A stretch of 42,989 nucleotides of DNA from Deinococcus sp. (GTDB taxonomy: Bacteria; Deinococcota; Deinococci; Deinococcales; Deinococcaceae). A model generated the notes under the pieces. That model made no database searches and was not told the DNA's origin. It saw only the letters and a program-made list of their open reading frames with translations. Made by a program: the position numbers and the translations under genes. Of the stretch, positions 39,147 through 42,989 are shown piece by piece. Location of the stretch: NCBI GenBank assembly GCA_018260375.1, contig JAGLBF010000003.1, forward strand, positions 1 to 42,989. Reading direction: 5' to 3'. How positions within the stretch are numbered: the stretch's first letter is position 1; each line of letters starts with the position of its first letter.

Positions 39147-39425
39147 ATGAAACGCGCCTGCCTGCCGCTGGTCGCGCTGACGGCCTGATCAACCGTGAAG
39201 GTGCGCGGCGGTCAGGTGGTCGGCAAAGGTGCAACGATGGAAAACCTGTTCAGCGACATTGAAAAGAGTATCGCGGAAGCGGCGCGGCCAGACTCCTGCC
39301 AGGTGATTGAAGTCAGCTACGATGCCACCGGTGGCCATGTGCTCTCTGCTTGCTTCCTTTCAGAATCTGACAAGAGGACTGATGGACGCTTCCGGCGGGT
39401 ACAACATTGCCAAATTCTGGCGTGA
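39147..39425 (+). pseudogene. Probable decayed lipoprotein gene (DUF6174-like)
   Basis: MKRACLPLVALTA*STVKVRGGQVV...TMENLF...VSYDA.GG; TGA sits where the lipobox Cys (LTAC) is expected. Confidence 0.5.
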
Positions 39426-39495
39426 GTAACCTACTCAGCCCCTAAGCCACTTAGCGCATACCCAATGTCTCCGCCCTATGTCACACTAAAAATCA

Positions 39496-40596
39496 ATGCA
39501 GACCACCCACATTCCCAAAGTCAACCACCAGCAAGCCGCCGACCTGATTGTGAATCTGGGGCTGAGTACCACTGTGATGCTCTGGGGCGTGCCGGGCATT
39601 GGCAAAACCAGCATTGCGCGGCAACTGGCGGCACTGCTGGGCATGGAAGATGACCTCGTGATTATGCTCGGCTCGCAGATGAGTCCCGAAGACCTCGCCG
39701 TGCCGTTTATCACGCCTGAACACACCACCGTGCTGTGTCCGCCTGCTTACCTTGCTGATGGGCGGCCCAAATTCATCCTGATAGACGAGGTGAACGCCGC
39801 CGAGCAGGACGTTATGCGGGCCTTTTTTTCGCTGATACTTGACCGCCGCGTGGGGCATTACACCCTGCCCGCTGGCTCGGTGATTATGAGCACGGGCAAC
39901 CCGATTGACAGCAACTCGGTGGCCCGCCCGCTGCCCGCCCCGCTGATGACACGCATGTTTCACGCCGAGCTGCGGCTGGAAAGCGCCAAATCGTGGCTGA
40001 GTTGGGCCTACGCAAGCGGCATTCACCCACTGGTCACGGGCTACATAGAGGAACGCGGTCTCAAGGCCCTGATTGGCGAGTCACGCGGCGACGACAAGCT
40101 CTCTACCAACCCGCGCAGTTGGGAAAATGCCTCCCGCGCCCTGTATGCCTTCGGAATTTCCGCCGACCCTTTTGATAACACGGGCGACGGGCTAGCGCGC
40201 GAGGATCGCGAAGCGCTGGCGGGGCAGATTAGCCGCATTGCCGCTGGAGCCGTGTGGCACCGTGACGCGGAGGAACTGGGGACGTGGGTACGCAACAAGG
40301 CGACGGGCGTGTCACTGCGCGACATTCTCGGCGGCGTTGCCAAGTTGCCGCTGCACGACCAGACGCAGGCCGTGTACATCCTGAACGTGCTCAAGACCAA
40401 GCTGGAGCACGAGCTACCTGCCCTAGAGGAAAATCTGCGGGGCGAGGCGGCCCAGTTTTCGGCGCAGGCCATGAACCTAGTCACGCTGACCGCGCAGGAA
40501 AACCCCGAACTGGCCTACATGGTGCTGAACTCTGAGCACATTCCCGCGTGGTGGTTGGAAAGATATAGCGAACGCGCTGGGAATTTGGGGAATTGA
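39496..40596 (+). CDS. MoxR/dynein-related AAA+ ATPase (AAA_5-like)
   Basis: Walker A GVPGIGKT, Walker B ILIDEVN, STGN sensor 1, PLMTRM Arg finger, NPRSWE. Confidence 0.92.
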   Translation: MQTTHIPKVNHQQAADLIVNLGLSTTVMLWGVPGIGKTSIARQLAALLGMEDDLVIMLGSQMSPEDLAVPFITPEHTTVLCPPAYLADGRPKFILIDEVNAAEQDVMRAFFSLILDRRVGHYTLPAGSVIMSTGNPIDSNSVARPLPAPLMTRMFHAELRLESAKSWLSWAYASGIHPLVTGYIEERGLKALIGESRGDDKLSTNPRSWENASRALYAFGISADPFDNTGDGLAREDREALAGQISRIAAGAVWHRDAEELGTWVRNKATGVSLRDILGGVAKLPLHDQTQAVYILNVLKTKLEHELPALEENLRGEAAQFSAQAMNLVTLTAQENPELAYMVLNSEHIPAWWLERYSERAGNLGN

Positions 40597-40619
40597 GCGT
40601 GAATATCAAGGGTGTTTAC

Positions 40620-42725
40620 ATGAAAATTCAAAACACAACGGGCTGGGAACCACTGCCACCAAAACCGCAGACGCTAACGGAGTTTTTTACGGGGCAACTG
40701 CCACATTTGCCTCAGTTAAGAGCCATTGCTGAAGTTGGAATGCAGCCCCAAGTCCGCTTTGGCACGGGGCTTGAGCCTGTTATTTTGCGCAATTCCAACC
40801 CGCTGACCAAACTCGTACACAGCATTTTTTCTGCCGTAGTGCGAGAATTTCAAAAAGACTCTGCTAAAACACAGAAAATCTTGCCTACCTTCAAACATTT
40901 TTCCAAATTAAAGGCTTGGGCGGGCCTTAAAGACGCGCTAGAGCAGCGACAGGAATTAAAAAAGGTGAGCCTTGCCATCAGTGCGGCTATGCTTGCCAAC
41001 CTCTTTGAAAGCGATTGGGACGGCCTCTTGTTGGCTGGTCATGCTCTGGAAACTGAATACCCGCCCGAAAAATTCTTAGAAACTTGGAATCCCTTTGGGT
41101 GGCAAGATTCTTTCCTATCCACGGCAGAATACTTTTATGCTCGGCCTGATGAAATGCAAGAGCTCCTCCCCCTCGGCCCGCTGATTGACTTTACGGGCCT
41201 CATTCCACCCGAAGACGAAGTATTCAAGAAGTGGGGCCGAATTATTGAAGCCTCGCTGCTGCACCGTAAAAATGACCATCCAGATGTAAAGTGGGTCAAC
41301 TGGATTTGGGAACACCCCGCCTACATTGAGGCGCAGGAAAAAATACGGCGGCAGGAGCGAGAGCTTTTGCTCAACAACATTGCGGGCAAGCTGGAAGCGG
41401 CAACGCAGGAACGTGCCCAGGCAAAAGCCAAAGCCATGCAGCAAGGGCAAAAGCGTGAAGCGGCGCAGGGCGGCAGCAGTCTGGCAGCGTTTGCCAGCGA
41501 ACTGGATACCCGCCTCGCCGTGACCGAGGAAGGCCAGAAGCGCGAGGGCATGTACTTTGAATACTGGCAGCGCACCGCCCGCGCCATGCCGTATCTGCGC
41601 CCGCTGATGAGCGAATTCACGCTGAATCTTGACCGTGCCAGTGCCATGCGCCTCAGCATTCACCGCGCCGCAATTGACCCCTACGAGCGGGTTTTGTACC
41701 TCAACAAAGGCAGCGTGAGCGGCTGGGATTTGGACTACATTTACCCGCTGATGCTGCTGAAAATCGCGCTGGGCCACCACGAGCGGGCAGGCGGCAAAGA
41801 CCCCTTTTTGTGGGACAAGGCCAGCGACATTTTGCTGACGGGCTGGCTACAAGACATCTTGCCCGAAATGCCCGACTGGGTGGAACATTTCCCCGAACTG
41901 GAGCAGTTGCCCAGTGTAGAGGCGATTTATTTGCGGCTGCTGGAATGGCCCAAAAAAGAACTTCGCAAGCTGGAAACCATGCGCGGGCTAGTGTCCAGCA
42001 TTCTGACCGAGGGCGAACTGTCCGCCGCCGAGCAAGCTGATAGGGACGCGGCGTTGCTGGGCCGCGTGCGCGAAGGCGTGGAGCTGGCAAACGCGCTGGA
42101 GGGCGCAAGCTGGGGCGACTTTGGCGCGGGGCTGGAGCGGGCGCTGAGAGCCAGAGCCGCTCGCCCCGTACCTTGGAAGCCCGCCTTTGCCGAGTACCTG
42201 CAAGAAATTACGCCTACGCCGCAGCGTGAGCGCACTTATGCCAAGCTCTCGCGCCGCATTCGCCACTGTGAGGAACCCAAAGCGGGCCGCCGCCGCATTC
42301 GCCAAGACGACGCGCATAACCTGCTGGTGATTGTGGACACCTCCGCGTCCATGTCCAACGATGACCTAGAGGACGCACTGGGCGCGATTCGGGCCACTGC
42401 TGCGGCGCTTGCCATCAACGCCATTCGCCTTTTTGCCTGCGACGCACAGGTGCGCGACTACGGCTGGGAGGCCCCTTGGCACGCGGGTGCACAGGTGACT
42501 TTGCACGGCGGCGGCGGCACCAACCTTGACCCCGCCCTGCGCCTCATTGCGGGGCTAACCGAAGAAGGCGAGCTTTTGCCCCAGCAGCCGCTGCTGATTG
42601 TCACCGACGGACTGTTTTACGGCGAAATCAAGACTGCGCGGGAACATGCGTATTTGTTGCCAAAGGGCGCGGCGCTGGGCTACAAAACGGCGGCGAAAGT
42701 GTTTCATGTGGCACGGGAGGAGTAG
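40620..42725 (+). CDS. vWA-domain protein, DUF2201-like, with degenerate metallopeptidase domain and N-terminal extension
   Basis: RTYAKLSRR, MIDAS VDTSASM, CDA.V, GGGGTN, VTDG; peptidase-like region reads YIYPLMLLKIALGHHER..GKDPFLW; start 40620 (or 40593). Confidence 0.88.
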   Translation: MKIQNTTGWEPLPPKPQTLTEFFTGQLPHLPQLRAIAEVGMQPQVRFGTGLEPVILRNSNPLTKLVHSIFSAVVREFQKDSAKTQKILPTFKHFSKLKAWAGLKDALEQRQELKKVSLAISAAMLANLFESDWDGLLLAGHALETEYPPEKFLETWNPFGWQDSFLSTAEYFYARPDEMQELLPLGPLIDFTGLIPPEDEVFKKWGRIIEASLLHRKNDHPDVKWVNWIWEHPAYIEAQEKIRRQERELLLNNIAGKLEAATQERAQAKAKAMQQGQKREAAQGGSSLAAFASELDTRLAVTEEGQKREGMYFEYWQRTARAMPYLRPLMSEFTLNLDRASAMRLSIHRAAIDPYERVLYLNKGSVSGWDLDYIYPLMLLKIALGHHERAGGKDPFLWDKASDILLTGWLQDILPEMPDWVEHFPELEQLPSVEAIYLRLLEWPKKELRKLETMRGLVSSILTEGELSAAEQADRDAALLGRVREGVELANALEGASWGDFGAGLERALRARAARPVPWKPAFAEYLQEITPTPQRERTYAKLSRRIRHCEEPKAGRRRIRQDDAHNLLVIVDTSASMSNDDLEDALGAIRATAAALAINAIRLFACDAQVRDYGWEAPWHAGAQVTLHGGGGTNLDPALRLIAGLTEEGELLPQQPLLIVTDGLFYGEIKTAREHAYLLPKGAALGYKTAAKVFHVAREE

Positions 42726-42732
42726 CTTTACC

Positions 42733-42927
42733 TTATGCTGAACCCAATGAATGTTTTCTACTTAGCTCTAATGCGTCTTTAATATAAAAGAAGTCGCCAT
42801 CTCTTAAAAAAGATTTATAAAATTCTCTGTTACTTTTAGGCAAAATCCTAAATCTAATTAATATAATTGTAATATTTCCGGTTCTTCCTATCTCTATAAA
42901 GTCTATTGGATTTGGCCAAGCCTCGGA
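42733..42927 (-). pseudogene. Possible 3' remnant of an AT-rich gene
   Basis: 64 sense codons (SEAWPNPIDFIEIG...ELSRKHSLGSA*) in very AT-rich DNA, no start codon, next to the repeat. Confidence 0.25.
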
Positions 42928-42933
42928 TTAACT

Positions 42934-42989
42934 TAATACGGACTGTGCGGTATGGAGCCGCAGGCGGCGCTTTTCCGACTGTGGTGGAA
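42934..42989 (+). repeat. Short-form repeat (second module only), truncated by the window end
   Basis: TAA-TACGGACTGTGCGGTATGGAGCCGCAGGCGGCGCTTTTCCGACTGTGGTGGAA. Confidence 0.9.

Noticed and set aside
404-42424. Numerous long antisense or alternate-frame ORFs in the track (e.g. 33557-34525, 10302-10991, 25444-26079, 41115-41780)
   Set aside because: Shadows of real genes in GC-rich DNA, with no motifs or start signals
1-42989. The first 31 nt are identical to the last 31 nt, suggesting a circular element
   Set aside because: Both ends lie inside the multicopy repeat and the content is core chromosomal genes; best explained as an assembly break with k-mer overlap

Overview
A Deinococcus-type chromosomal fragment, background GC about 60% by eye. 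The assignment rests on about 16 genes with a TANNNT -10 box 5-7 nt before the start codon (leaderless), Deinococcus-like protein features and SRE/SNR-like intergenic repeats. Most of it is housekeeping: a DedA-family gene, glpX, pgm, dnaJ, sucCD, asnS, aspS, hisS, uvrC, ackA, aspartate kinase, gluQ and peptidases. The non-routine content is: (1) a low-GC four-gene type IV minor-pilin/PilX-adhesin cassette (17.7-22.6 kb); (2) a MoxR-type AAA+ ATPase paired with a DUF2201-like vWA protein that lacks the HExxH metallopeptidase motif and carries a compositionally distinct N-terminal domain; (3) an intact tyrosine-recombinase-fold gene missing most catalytic residues; (4) a small ParA plus RHH-like pair with a possible leader peptide; (5) a modular ~135-bp repeat family with TACGG...CCGTA ends and TNA flanks (MITE-like), which also forms both window ends; (6) small ORFs missed by the ORF track; and (7) many 12-22 bp tandem duplications. 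No rRNA, tRNA, CRISPR array or transposase was recognised. All family calls are by motif recognition, without database searches.
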